From Octopus sinensis (Eukaryota), in assembly GCF_006345805.1 (NCBI RefSeq), contig NC_043004.1, positions 60,884,001 through 60,948,000 of the forward strand: 64,000 bases of DNA, in the 5' to 3' direction. This document shows, piece after piece, positions 25,251 to 38,200 of this stretch. The notes beneath the pieces were generated by a model. That model did no database searches. It had not been told where the DNA came from and saw only the letters and a list, made by a program, of their open reading frames with translations. The translations under genes and the position numbers were made by a program. How positions within the stretch are numbered: the stretch's first letter is position 1; each line of letters opens with the position of its first letter.

Positions 25251-26101
25251 GTAAGTAAAACACAAAATAAATAATTTTTTAAAACAAAGTAAATAAAACA
25301 AGGTCTCCACAGATAGTGAATTGCAAGTATTACTATCTGTGGAGATATATAGTAGTAGAAGTATTAGTAGTTTGACTGCTATTTCTAAATTTCGGTATGT
25401 GGTGAAAGAACTTTTTGCCGATCCCTTAATTATGTTTATATATATATAACGCAGAGTAGATGAAACCATGGCGACTGAAGAAGGGGAATTTTCCTTGTGT
25501 TATTTGTCCTGTACTCTATTTTTTCGTTGTTTAAGAAAAATGTCCAGTTCCTTGGTTTTGTGTTTATATTTTCGTTTCTCTTTGTGTTCGACGTTTTTTT
25601 TTTTTTGGTGTCCTGTACCCATATATGCATGTATATATACATGTAGAGGTAGGTACCTACATGTATGTATGCATATATGCATATGTTTTATTTATTAATT
25701 ATATATATAGGCGCAGGAGTGGCTGTGTGGTAAGTAGCTTGCTAAACAACCACATGGTTCCGCGTTCAGTCCCACTGCTTGGCATCTTGGGCAAGTGTCT
25801 TCTGCTATAGCTGCGGGCTGACCAATGCCCTGTGAGTGGATTTGGTAGACGGAAACTGAAAGAAGCCTGTCGTATATATGTATATATATATGTGTGTGTC
25901 TGTGTTTGTCCCCCTAGCATTGTTTGACAACCGATGCTGGTATGTTTATGTCCCCGTCACTTAGGGGTTCGGCAAAAGAGACTGATAGAATAAGTACTGG
26001 GCTTACAAAGAATAAGTCTCGGGGTCGATTTGATCGACTAAAGGCGGTGCTCCAGCATGGCCGCAGTCAAATGACTGAAACAATTAAAAGAGTAAAAAAG
26101 A

Positions 26102-26138
<37 letters not shown>

Positions 26139-26520
26139 TAGATAGATATAGATCTATATTATCATCATCATAATTCATATGTCTATCATCCATGCTGGAT
26201 GGTTTGACAGGAGCCGGCCAGGTAGAAGAATACCCCCGGCTACTGTATCTGTCTTGACATAGTTTTTACGGCTGGATACCCTTCTACAAATCACACAGAC
26301 CCACACACACACATATATATTTAAGTAGTTGAATGAATTATCTTAGTATGGATAATTCGGTTAACCGATACCCGGGTAGCAAATTCACGTCAGAAAACAC
26401 GGTTGAAGCCACATGCCAAGGGCAGAGATCACGTGCTTTCGTGTGGAAATTTGTGTGTTTTTTTTTACTATAAATAAATGAAACAATGGAGTCGAACGAC
26501 GATTTAACAAAATTCCTTTA

Positions 26521-26603
26521 TTCTCGACATATGTTTCGAAGACTGCATATTCCTAATTTCGAAGGAATAAGGGGTGCATTATGCCGCCTTCTCATCTGGA
26601 AAG
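26521..26603 (-). ncRNA. Copy of the 10526 hammerhead with a core mutation (CAGAUGA), antisense in FBXL6 intron 1
   Basis: Reverse complement homologous to 10526-10608; surrounding element about 26320-26670. Confidence 0.6.
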
Positions 26604-28683
26604 ACAAGGAACTTATGTCAGCATCATGATGAACAAAAGCTTTTAGATGACTGCCCACACGGAGTCCATTGTGATAATATATATATATATATATATATAA
26701 GTTTTCTTTTATTTATGTGTGTGAGTGAACCTTTTCTGATAGCTTTCATTCTTTCACAATGGAGTGCTGCTCCCATATCTGGGACAGTGCTGCTAATGTA
26801 CACACAGACATCATTGACTGTGTTTTTTAAAGACTGTACACTCTTGGAGTGGCTGGCGTTAGGAAGGGCATCCAGCTGTAGAAACTCTGCCAGATCAAGA
26901 TTGGAGCCTGGTGCAGCCATCTGGTTCGCCAGCCCTCAGTCAAAATCGTCCAACCCATGCTAGCATGGAAAGCAGACGTTAAACGATGATGATGATGATA
27001 TATACATGTGTATATGTAATTTTCTCTGATTTTTCAGATTTTTTGTATGCTAGACTACTGGTTTTAAATTGATATTTAAATTAATATTAATTTATCTCCC
27101 TCATTATTTTATATATATACATATATATATATATAATGTATACACCCTCTCAGAGGAGGGATACTGATGTAAAACCCGTGGTTTCATATAATTGCTGCTC
27201 ATCTCGCTAATAACAGACAAGTGGTACTCTTGATTTAGAAACGTTTGTTACTATAATCTAACCACGAGGGGATGGCTCTTTGTTGTCACCTTATTTGTCA
27301 TTTTATTTACTGAAGGTGTTATTGCCATGGATGAGACCTAACCAGTTGGAATTTTACAGCTATGCTTCATATCATGCAGACCTGCAGTGAGACTGAATAG
27401 TCATCTGAGGGGTCATCATCATCATCATCATCATCATCATCTTTTAATGTCTGTTCTCCATGTTGGCATGGCTTGGATGGTTTGTCAGCAGTTGACCCGC
27501 TGGTGAGCTGCCTGGGTCCCATTTGTCTGTTTTGGCATTGCTTCTATGGCTGCTTACCCTTCCTCGCCCCTATCACTTTACAGAGTGTACTGGATGCTTG
27601 CATGTGGCACAGGAACAGGTGCTTTTTGTGTTACACCAGCACCCACAAGCCTGCAAGACTTGGATCTCTTGGCTGAGAGTGGGATGTGGAGGACATGCCA
27701 GCTTGCATGGACAACCTTGACTTTTACTTAGCTTGATGTATCTTCTCAAGCACCAGTCACTGAGAAATACTCTGGACAGTGAGGAAGCATAAGGAGATGG
27801 AAATCATCTTTGTCGATGGAGTAGCCAGCACATGTGTGGGTGTGTGTTTCATATGTTATGTATGCTATGCATATATATATAGGCGCAGGAGTGGCTGTGT
27901 GGTAAGTAGCTTGTTTACCAACCACATGGTTCCGGGTTCAGTCCCACTGCATGGCACCTTGAGCAAGTGTCTTCTACTATAGCCTCTGGCTGACCAATTC
28001 CTCGTGAGTGGATTTGGTAGACGGAAACTGAAAGAAGCCTGTCGTATATATGTATATATGAAATCAAAATTGAAATCGAAATCGAATTGAACCAGCCAGG
28101 ACCCCTGGATTGGTGGTACGTAAAAAGCACTATCCGACTCGTGGCCGATGCCAACGCCGCCTCGACTGGCTTTCGTGCCGGTGGCACGTAAAATGCACCA
28201 ATCCGACCGTGGCCATTGCCAGCCTCGCCTGGCACCTGTGCAGGTGGCACGTAAAAAGCACCCACTGCACTCACGGAGTGGTTGGTGTTAGGAAGGGCAT
28301 CTAGCTGTAGAAACATTGCCAGATAAGACTGGAGCCTGGTGCAGCCTTCTGACTTCCCAGATACCCGGTCGAACCGTCCAACCCATGCTAGCATGGAGAA
28401 CGGACGTTAAATGATGATGATATGCGTGTGTGTGTTTGTCCCCCTAGCATTGCTTGACAACCGATGCTGGTACGTTTATGTCCCCGTTACTTAGCGGTTC
28501 GGCAAAAGAGACCGATAGAATAAGTACTGGGCTTACAAAAGAATAGGTCCCGGGGTCGATTTGCTCGACTAAAGGCGGTGCTCCAGCATGGCCGCAGTCA
28601 AATGACTGAAACAAGTAAAAGAGTAAAAGAGATATATATATTTATATATATATATATATATATAAGAGATGCAGCACAGAATT

Positions 28684-28728
28684 TTGTCAGTGAACAGGTC
28701 GCAGTCTGAAAGCGACGAAAATATTTTG
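28684..28728 (+). ncRNA. 3'-truncated copy of the GUGAACA hammerhead in FBXL6 intron 1
   Basis: UUGUCA-GUGAACA-G-GUCGC...GCGAC-GAAAAUAUUU-UG, then homology ends. Confidence 0.55.
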
Positions 28729-28819
28729 GTTTAAGGTTTCAATTGTTTTGCCCAACTACTTCATTTGTATGTCTTTAAAACACATTTGTTTATTAGAAAT
28801 TTCTTTCCTTTAAAACCAG

Positions 28820-28962
28820 ATGGAAACCAAAAAAAAGAAGAACAACAAGAAAAAAAAGAAGAGTGCCATTTTGGTTACACAGTATACAGAATGGCCATCC
28901 AGTGATGATTCCTCAGACAATGACTACATACCAATGGATGACTCTGATGAAGAACAGTTGGT
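28820..28962 (+). CDS. FBXL6: FBXL6 coding exon 1 (METKKKKNNKKKKKSAILVTQYTEWPSSDDSSDNDYIPMDDSDEEQL; basic NLS-like run plus acidic patch)
   Basis: ccag|ATG acceptor; GTGAGT donor at 28963; phase 2 matches the next exon. Confidence 0.75.
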
Positions 28963-31900
28963 GTGAGTAGAGCCGAGAAAATTGACATTCGTACACTTTT
29001 GTAGTTTAAGAGACCAAGGGAATTTCACTGCGTTACATCTTACTGGTTATCTTAACCATGTGTTGTAAATGTATATATATATATATATGACATTTCCTTG
29101 TAGTGTTATACTTAATGCAATAATCTTTCTTGTAATACAGAAGTCTATGAGCACCAAGGAATCAAATATTTGCACTTTCAGTCCACAATCATTATCCTCA
29201 TCCTTTTACATCTACTTCCTATGCTGGTATGGGTTGGGGGGTTATATCTTGCTCGGAAGTTTCAGTCGAGCTAGGTCTTCCTTGCTGAGGCTAACTTTCT
29301 CCCTTCCTCCCACCAACCTTGAAGACTGGAAAAGTAAGGAATAATGTAACCAGTATTATTTACTGGTGCCTCTTCATGGTCACCCAGTCTGCTAGAGCTA
29401 ATGGCCAATTCTTTAAATCATGGTGTATCATCTTAAAACAGGAAGGACATGTTAGATAATCTAGTCTTGTTTATACTTCATAAATATGAAGTAGAGTGGT
29501 CATGGATGGAATGCCTTTGACTGTTATTGTGCTTATTACTACAGCATCAGAATTTGCACATGTCTCATTGTTGTGGTAGCATGAGAAAATAACTAATGCA
29601 CAAAGAATTATAAAGAACTAGCAGTATCGCCCGGCGTTGCTCGGATTTGTAAGGGAAATAACTATATAAGCATTTTTAGAGAGTTACTTCCCTTATTTAA
29701 TAGCAAAAAAATGGGAAAAAAATGATGGTAATTTTTTTTTTTATCGTACACTCATCGTAGACGCGCACTAATACCCAGAAGGGCTCGATATGAATCACGA
29801 CTATAAGATACCCGGTTTTGGTTAAACTGCACTGCAAAATGTGGGAGTAGTTAGGAATCTAAATCGAAGGGGACAGACACACAACTTCACTTTTATATAT
29901 AAAGATGTAGTTGTTTTGGTTTTCCATCTTCTGAGTTGCTTTGAGTTTTGTCATCATCATCATAATCATCATCTACAGGTCTGCCTTTCTATGCTTGCAT
30001 AGGTTACACAGGTCCTCTCCAAAACAGCATCTTACCATTTGTTACAAACTGTTGTCATCTTTGTGAAGTTCACCATCCTGAGGTTGACTTTTACAGCTTC
30101 TGCCCATGTCTTCCTCTTTCATAGTTTCCTTTTATATAGATCTCTTGGTGCTTCTTTATTCAACTCTCATCATTCAAACTCATTGCAAGTTCACACCTAT
30201 ACAGTCTTCAGTCATGCAAAACTGTCTGCTTCCTCTTATACATACTTTTTTTTTTTTGTCATGCTCATGCTCACTAACTGGAAGCACTCCGTCGGTTACG
30301 ACGATGAGGGTTCCGGTTGATCCGAATCAACGGAACAGCCTGCTCGTGAAATTAACGTGTAAGTGGCTGAGCACTCCACAAACACGTGCACCCTTAATGT
30401 AGTTCTCGGGGATATTCAGCGTGACGCAGAGAGTGACAAGGCCGGCCCTTTGAAATACAGGTACAACAGAAACAGGAAGTAAGAGTGAGAGAAAGTTGTG
30501 GTGAAAGAGTACAGCAGGGATCACCACCATCCCCTGCCAGAGCCCCGTGGAGCTTTAGGTGTTTTCGCTCAATTAACACTCACAACGCCTGGTCTGGGAA
30601 TTGAAACCGCGATCCTATGACCGCGAGTCTGCTGCCCTAACCACTGGGCCATTGCGCCTCCACACTCACTAACATTACACATCCGTCACAACATGCTTGC
30701 TTCTTTTCTTCCCCACCTTCAAACATCCTCTGTATTCATTGCCGACATCTCGCTACCATGAAGCATTGCACTTAGTATACAGGTGACATAGAATCTACCA
30801 TTCGGGCAAAGAGAGAATTCCTCTTGTGAACAATAGAACAGCTCCCTAAACTATTACTTTCTTGTTCTTATTCTGGCCACCCTGCTTTCAGAACACTCTT
30901 TTCTGCAGCTGGTTAGGTTGCCTAGGTTACAGGGAGATACCATCATATTTTCCTGTATAATTACTGACTGTGTAAACATGTCGTGTAACAATCAAATATT
31001 GTCTCTATTTTCCCCAAGTCCTGCTGCATTTCACATGAAATTTTTAGTCCTCTAAATTCACTTTGGTGTATAAGCCAACCTGTGGAGGCGCAATGGCTCA
31101 GTGGTTAGGGCAGTAGACTTGCGGTAGTAGGATCACGGTTTCGATTCCCATACTGGGCATTGTGAGTGTTAATTGAGCGAAAACACCTAAAGTTCCATGA
31201 GACTCCAGCAGTGGGTGGTGATGATGCCTACTGTACTCTTTCACCACAACTTTCTCTCAATCTTTCTTCTGTTGGCTTGCTTGCTTAGCCAGCGGAGTGG
31301 CGTCATTTGAAGGCTAAAACAATGTGAAGCGCATTGTGACCAGCGATGTGTAGCAACATCTGATAGCCTGGTCGGTCACGGTGATCATGGTGGTATAAGT
31401 CAGCCTACCTTTTTTTGCCTTCAGATTTTCGTCTGAAAGATTTAACTTGTATGTTGGAAAATGTGGTATGTTTATGGAATCTTCTGGACATTGAGAAGAG
31501 TTTATTTTACGAGTGGTCTATCTGCTAACTACTCCTGTACATCTGCCACAAGCAATGTATTCATTGTCAGCATCCCTATGATCCTAGAAAACCCCTTATG
31601 CACTCACAGTTCACACAAGGCACGTATGTGACTCTTTCTTACTCTTTTTCTACACACTGAGCACAGCTGTTTCCCTGATGGTTAGTACAGCTAGCCATCA
31701 ACTGAGCGTGAGTAATGTGGGCCATGCTTTCACTGATTACCTTAAGATGTAGTCATGAGCTGACATAGACACCCAAGAGCCACTTTTGCCTCTTCCTTTT
31801 TAATCCAGTGATGTATTCAGGTTGAGATGGGGCTTCTCCAGCTACCAGCTGGTACTAATCAATTACTGAGTAGATTGGAGCAACATGAAATAGAATGTCT

Positions 31901-33221
31901 TGCTCAAGGACACAATACACTGCCCACTTCAAGAAATTGAACCCACTGCTTTATGAATGTCAGCTAAGCACTTGCACCACTAATTCACATGCATTTGCAA
32001 AGATAATGCAGTAAGTGTTGTAGATAATACAATAAATCCACGAGTCAGTTACTCTTTTACTTGTTTCAGTCATTTGACTGTGGCCATGCTGGAGCACCGC
32101 CTTTAGTCGAGGAAATCGACCCCCAGGACTTATTCTTTGTAAGCCTAGTACTTATTCTATCAGTCTCTTTTGCCGAACTGCTAAGTTACGGGGACATAAA
32201 CACACCATCGGTTTTCAAGCGATGTTGGTGGGGACAAACACAGACACACAAACACACACATATATATATACATATAACGACGGGCTTCTTTCTGTTTCCA
32301 TCTATCAAATCCACTCACAGGGCTTTGGTTGGCCTGAGGCTACAGTAGAATACACTTGCCCATGGTGCCACGCAGTGGGACTGAACCCGGACTCATGTGG
32401 TTAGTAAGCAATCTACTTATCACACAGCCACTCCTCGTTTTTTTCCACACTTTTTTAACCCTTATGCATTTAAGCTGGCCCCATCCGACCTAAGTCCTAC
32501 TTACTTCATGTACACACTGGCCAGATCCAGCCTCTCACAACTACCCTAATATGTCACATCATCAAAATCTTGAAGCAAAGAGATAATGCATGATTAATTA
32601 AAAAAAGACAATGTGAATAAATAAGCACTTACATTTGACAGAGTAATTAAAGGGTTAATTAAATATTTTCAGATTACGCAAAACGAAACGACAGAGAGTG
32701 ACAGAAGACAAAACCCCTGTTGTACACTTCTCTCATATCAATGCTGTGCCTATTGATGTTTGGGTTGAGATTTTCTCACGTTGTGTGGAATTGGAAGGTG
32801 CCTTACCATTTCTTGTCAGGTAAGCAAAAGAAACTTTATCAAAAGTCCGTTCCCTTTTTAAATTTTTGTCTACATTTTTTCATTTGTTTTAACATTGCCA
32901 AACCTTCAAGTCTGATTTAACTGGGTTTAACTTGTGAACACATCTACTGGAAGTCAAACAATATTTAAATATATCTATATATTCTTTTATTTGTTTGTTT
33001 CAGTCATTTGACTGTGGCCATGCTGGAGCACTGCCTTTAGTCGAACAAAGTGGCCCCGTGACTTATTCTTTGTAAGCCTAGTACTTATTCTATCAGTCTC
33101 TGTTGCCAAACTGCTATATTTCAGGGATTTAAACACACCAATATTGGTTGTCAAGCAATGGTGGGGGACAAACACAGACACACAAACATACACACACACA
33201 CACACATATATATAAATATAT

Positions 33222-33274
<53 letters not shown>

Positions 33275-35159
33275 TATATATATATATATATATATATATA
33301 CTACAAGCTTCTTTCAGTTTCCATCCACCAAATTCACTCACAAGGCTTTGGTCGGCCTGAGGCTATAGCAGAAGACGCTTGCCCAAGGTCCTATGCAGTG
33401 GGATCATAATCCGGAAGCATGTGGTTGGTAAGCAAGCTACTTACCACACATCCACTCCTATATACATAAGTATATTCATCCAAAATATATATCATTATCA
33501 TCATCATCGTTTCATATTAAGCATGGGTTGAATGACAGGTTTTGGCAAGTCAGAGAGCTGGCCAAGCTCCAATTGTCTGTTTTGGCATGATTTTTTTTAT
33601 GGCTGGATGATGCCCTTCCTAATGCCAACCATGTTACAGGATGTGCTGATGCTTTTTATGGGTTCCCAGCATAGGTTCTTCTATGTGGCACTAGCCCCTG
33701 CTAGACAAAGACCTCTTGGCTGAGAGAGGAAGTGGGGGCACAACCATAATGGATATGCTTGCACATCTATATAGCTGTGATTTTACTTAGCTTGACATAT
33801 TTTTGTATATGTACCTACAAGCAAAACGCCCCCCCCCCACTGCAATGGACAGTGCTGAGTTGTCAAACATTTAAGCCAAATGTTCTTAAAACAACTTGTC
33901 TGACCGTCCCATAGGCCTCCCCTTTGAGAAACACTGATTTAACCTAAATTTGAGATACCAGCAAAAGAAGAAATAAAGATAGACTTTTTTTCTATTCCGA
34001 AGAAAAACGATTTTATTCACACAAATATGCAACCGAAGAGTTTAAAGTACCAGTAATGATAAGGATGTTGACTGGGAGAACACAAACATGGTTTAAACAG
34101 TAAGCCTGGCAGGAGAAAACATGCCTTTAAGCAGTTCAAAAACAACAAAAAATGGAAGGTGCAGTTATGTACAGGTTGATGGAAGAAAAGCAGGACAAAA
34201 AGGGCTTTATCGATTGCATTCTCACCTGGAATCGAATTTTGTAATATCTTCAAAACTTATACACACCCTGATATTGTTGGTATCTACATATCAAATTTGA
34301 GCGCAATTGGATGGAGGATGCCCGAGATCTGAGATGACACACACACAGACAGACAGAACAGATTTTATATAAGAGATGATGAATGAGCAAAAGCAGGAAA
34401 AATGTACAAGGAAAAGTTTTGTCAAAGCTGTTATTAGTATAATGCTTGAAAAGAAACGTAAAGGGTGTTTAATATTTTGGCTGCTTGTCAAATAAAGGTG
34501 TTGGAAAAAAAAGGAAATATAAACACTCAGGGGCCAGGTGGAGATATACTGTTCTATGGGGAGAAGTTAGGAATAAAGGAAGAGGTAGGTTGTTGTGTTT
34601 ATGTATAAGAGGCTAAATGTGTAAGGAGGTGGGATTAGGGGGCAGTTATGAGGACATGGTGGTTGTCAGGGGTGTTTGGAGATGTCCAAGAGTGAGAGAA
34701 GGGGTGTTGGGGAAGAAAGGTGAATATGGGTGAGTGTGATATAGCTGAGAGGGAGGTGTGTAAAAAGAGAAAATAGGATAAACAGTGAGGAAAACAGTGT
34801 AATTGGTAAGAAAAAGAAATACTAATATAAAAACAGGTAGAAGGTCAGGATAAAAGGTATAAAGACAAAATATAGTGTTATGAAATATAATAAAAATGAA
34901 GAGGCTTTGGATAATATGTGAAGAAAAAGCAGTATATGTACATATGTATGTATATATATATAAATATATGATATATATGATATATATATATATATATATA
35001 TATATTTAGTGTAGGAAGAAATGGAGCTGAACGAAGATTTAACAAAATTCCTTTTTTTTATTTTCTACATATGTTTCAAAGGCTGTTGTGATTTTTGCTA
35101 CCCAGGTATCGGTTATCATTTGAATTATCCGTAATAAGATAATTCATTTATCTACTTCA

Positions 35160-35210
<51 letters not shown>

Positions 35211-38200
35211 GCTAGCTATAGAAACACTGCCAGATCTGACTGGCCTGGTGTAACCTTCGGGCTTGCCAGACCCCAGTTGAACCGTCCAACCCATGCTAGC
35301 ATGGAAAGCGGACGTTAAACGATGATGATGATGATGATATATATATATATATATTGGGTTGGCAAGAAAGTAATTTCGTTTCTCACAAATGGAGTTATGA
35401 TTTTTTTTGTATGACTTTTGTCAATGTTATGAATTTTTCCTTTTGACATTTGATAGCCGTCACTTTTAGCTTACTTTTGAAGCAAATTGCATGTAATTTT
35501 GTTTACAGTTGTTTGTTCAGTGTCTATTTTGACATGGAGTGCAAAAACGCTCATTTTTGCCGTATTTTTTTGCTTTTTATTTCCATAAAGGCAAGAAAGC
35601 TGCTGAGGCTCACAAAGAGATATGTAAGGTTTATGGTGTTGATTGCTTAGCAGAGTGCATATGTCAGAAATGGTTTAAAAAATTTCATTCTGGAGAATTT
35701 TCACTCAGTGATGTCCAATGTTCTGGTCAACCTACTGAAGTTGATGATGACCTAATCAAAGCCGTAATTGAATCTGATTGTCATATTTGTGTGAGAGATT
35801 GCAGAGGTATCACACGCAATAATTGAAAATCACTTAAAATATCTTGGACTCATTAAAAAGCCTGATATTTGGGTTCCACATAAATTGAAAGAGATTCATT
35901 TAACACAATGAATAAATATTTGTGATATGCATCTCAAATGCAATGAAATTGACCTTTTTCTTTTAAAGGAAGCATCACTGGTGATGAAAAATAGATTATC
36001 TACCATAACATCAATTGAAAACGATCATGGTCCAAGCGTAACGAACCAGCACAAACCACGTGAAAAGCTGAATTGCATCAAAGAAAGGTCATGCTGTCAA
36101 TTTAGTGGGATTACAAAGGTGTTGTGTATTTTGGTTTCAAGGAACCAAACGATCAATTCAGATGTTTACTGTCAACAATTAATGAAACTGGAGGAAGCAT
36201 TCAAAGAAAAATGGCCAGAATTGGCAAATCGACACGTGGCACTTGATCAACAAGGGAGTTCAATGCTGCTGCCTGCATCTGTGTCTCCTGTCGTGAGGTA
36301 GGTTCATCTGGGACTCCCGACAAGAAGAGATCCAGTTTAGTTTTAAAGAAACCTACATCCACACCATGTAAGTCTCTCAGGCATTTAGGGAGGATGTTAA
36401 AGAGCTGTGGTCCTCTGTAACCCAAGCTGTTGCAGTATCTGGACCTGTATTTTGATGGTGATGTTGGAATCTTTGGCACCATGCAGTGGCGCCCCGTTCT
36501 GCGGTTGGGGTAATTTTGAATGCCAAAGTTTGTACAAGACCCTCCAGAATTTTCCAGACGTATATCACCGCATATCTCTCCCGTCTCCGCTATATATATA
36601 TAATCATCATCATTTAGCGTTTGATTTTCATGCTGGCATGGGTTTGGTGGCTTAACTGGAACTGGTAAGCCAGAAAGCTGCATCAAGTTCCAGTCTGATT
36701 TGGCATGGTTCTATGGCTGGATGCCCTCCCTAATGCCGACCACTCCAAGAGTGTAATGGTTGCCTTATTTGTGCCACCAGCACAAGTGCTTTTATCATCA
36801 TCATCATCATCATCGTTTAACATCTGCTTTCTATGCTAGCATGGCTGGACAATTTGACTGAGGACTGGCGAACCAGATGGCTGCACCAGGCTCCAATCTG
36901 ATCTGGAAGAGTTTCTACAGCTGGATGCTCTTCCTAACGCCAACCACTCAGAGAGTGTAGTGAGTGTTTTTACATGCCACTGGCACCAGGGCCAGTCAGG
37001 CAGTACTGGCAATGGCCACGCTATACTATACAAAGCTGTGTGTGGCAATTTTAGTCCAACCCCCCCACCACCACCACTTGACAACTCATGTTGGTTTGTT
37101 TACATCCACATAACCTAGTAGTTCAGCAAAAGTGATCAATAAAGTAAGTGCCAGACTTAAAAAAACTATTCTGAAGGGTTTTCAGCTAAACCCTTCAGTG
37201 TAGTGCTCCAGCATGGCTGCAGTCCAATGACTGAAACAAATAAAAGGTATTTTACCAGATGCTTTAAGCTCTTTTTTTTTTTTATGTTCTTCTTTAATCT
37301 TCTGACATTTTCTACATTTCAGAGCTTCACAAGTTTGTCGAACGTGGTATGAAGCATCAAAGTGCCCAAGACTCTGGCAAAACATCGACCTTACATACGG
37401 CTGGATAAAGTCTGTTGATTCCACTTTGAAATGGCTCAGTAAGAACCGTCTTCTACAATGCAAGTCTCTTAACTTGAGTGGATGGAAAAATCTGACTGCC
37501 GAAGGACTAAGAGTAAATTTAATTTATTTTTCTTTCGGTTTACTAACAGCTAGCCCTCCATCAGAATGTTTAGTCATTAAATCATCATTTTAGCAATTCA
37601 TACAAATGTTTTAGGCCTATTAATTTATTTAGCCCTTTAGCATTTAAACTGATTCTTCTCTGGCCAAAATATTCTTCCTGTTTTATGCTTAGATTGGCCA
37701 GATCTGACCTCTCACACCAACCCTATGATTCGGGAAAATATTACCTTACTTGGAAATAAGTGAGGGTTAGAAACTGGAAGGGCATCTGGTTGCAGAAAGT
37801 CTGCCTCAACAAATTCCATTTAAAATGTTTGTTAAAGCATGTGCTCAACCACACACACTTGCATACATACACAAAATAAATAGAGATAAGTGATTTCTTT
37901 TGAGTATATGCTACTATTTGCTATAATGTGCATTTCATTTGGTCATTTTCACAGGCTGTTGCACTCAACTGCCCTAATTTAGAAAACTTGGATATATCAA
38001 ATACTGCCAAAAAGCTACAGAACGAAGGTATAAATGCTATAACTCAGAACTGCCCCAAACTTTCTACAATTAATCTTCTAGATTGCAAAGTAAGTTCCTC
38101 TGAATTTTATATGTGTATAAGATGTAACACACATACATATGTGTGTATGTATTTATGTCTGTGTGATGTGGGGGTGTTTGTGTAAGTGACTTTGTGTGTG

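Noticed and set aside
25448-25500. CUGAAGA preceded by GAAACCAUGG in a repeat fragment
   Set aside because: No complete set of stems or cleavage triplet. It could be a truncated piece of another permuted HHR family, but that is not supportable here.
28961-28966. Alternative donor GTGTGA at 28961
   Set aside because: Gives the wrong phase for exon 32673; GTGAGT at 28963 fits both consensus and frame.
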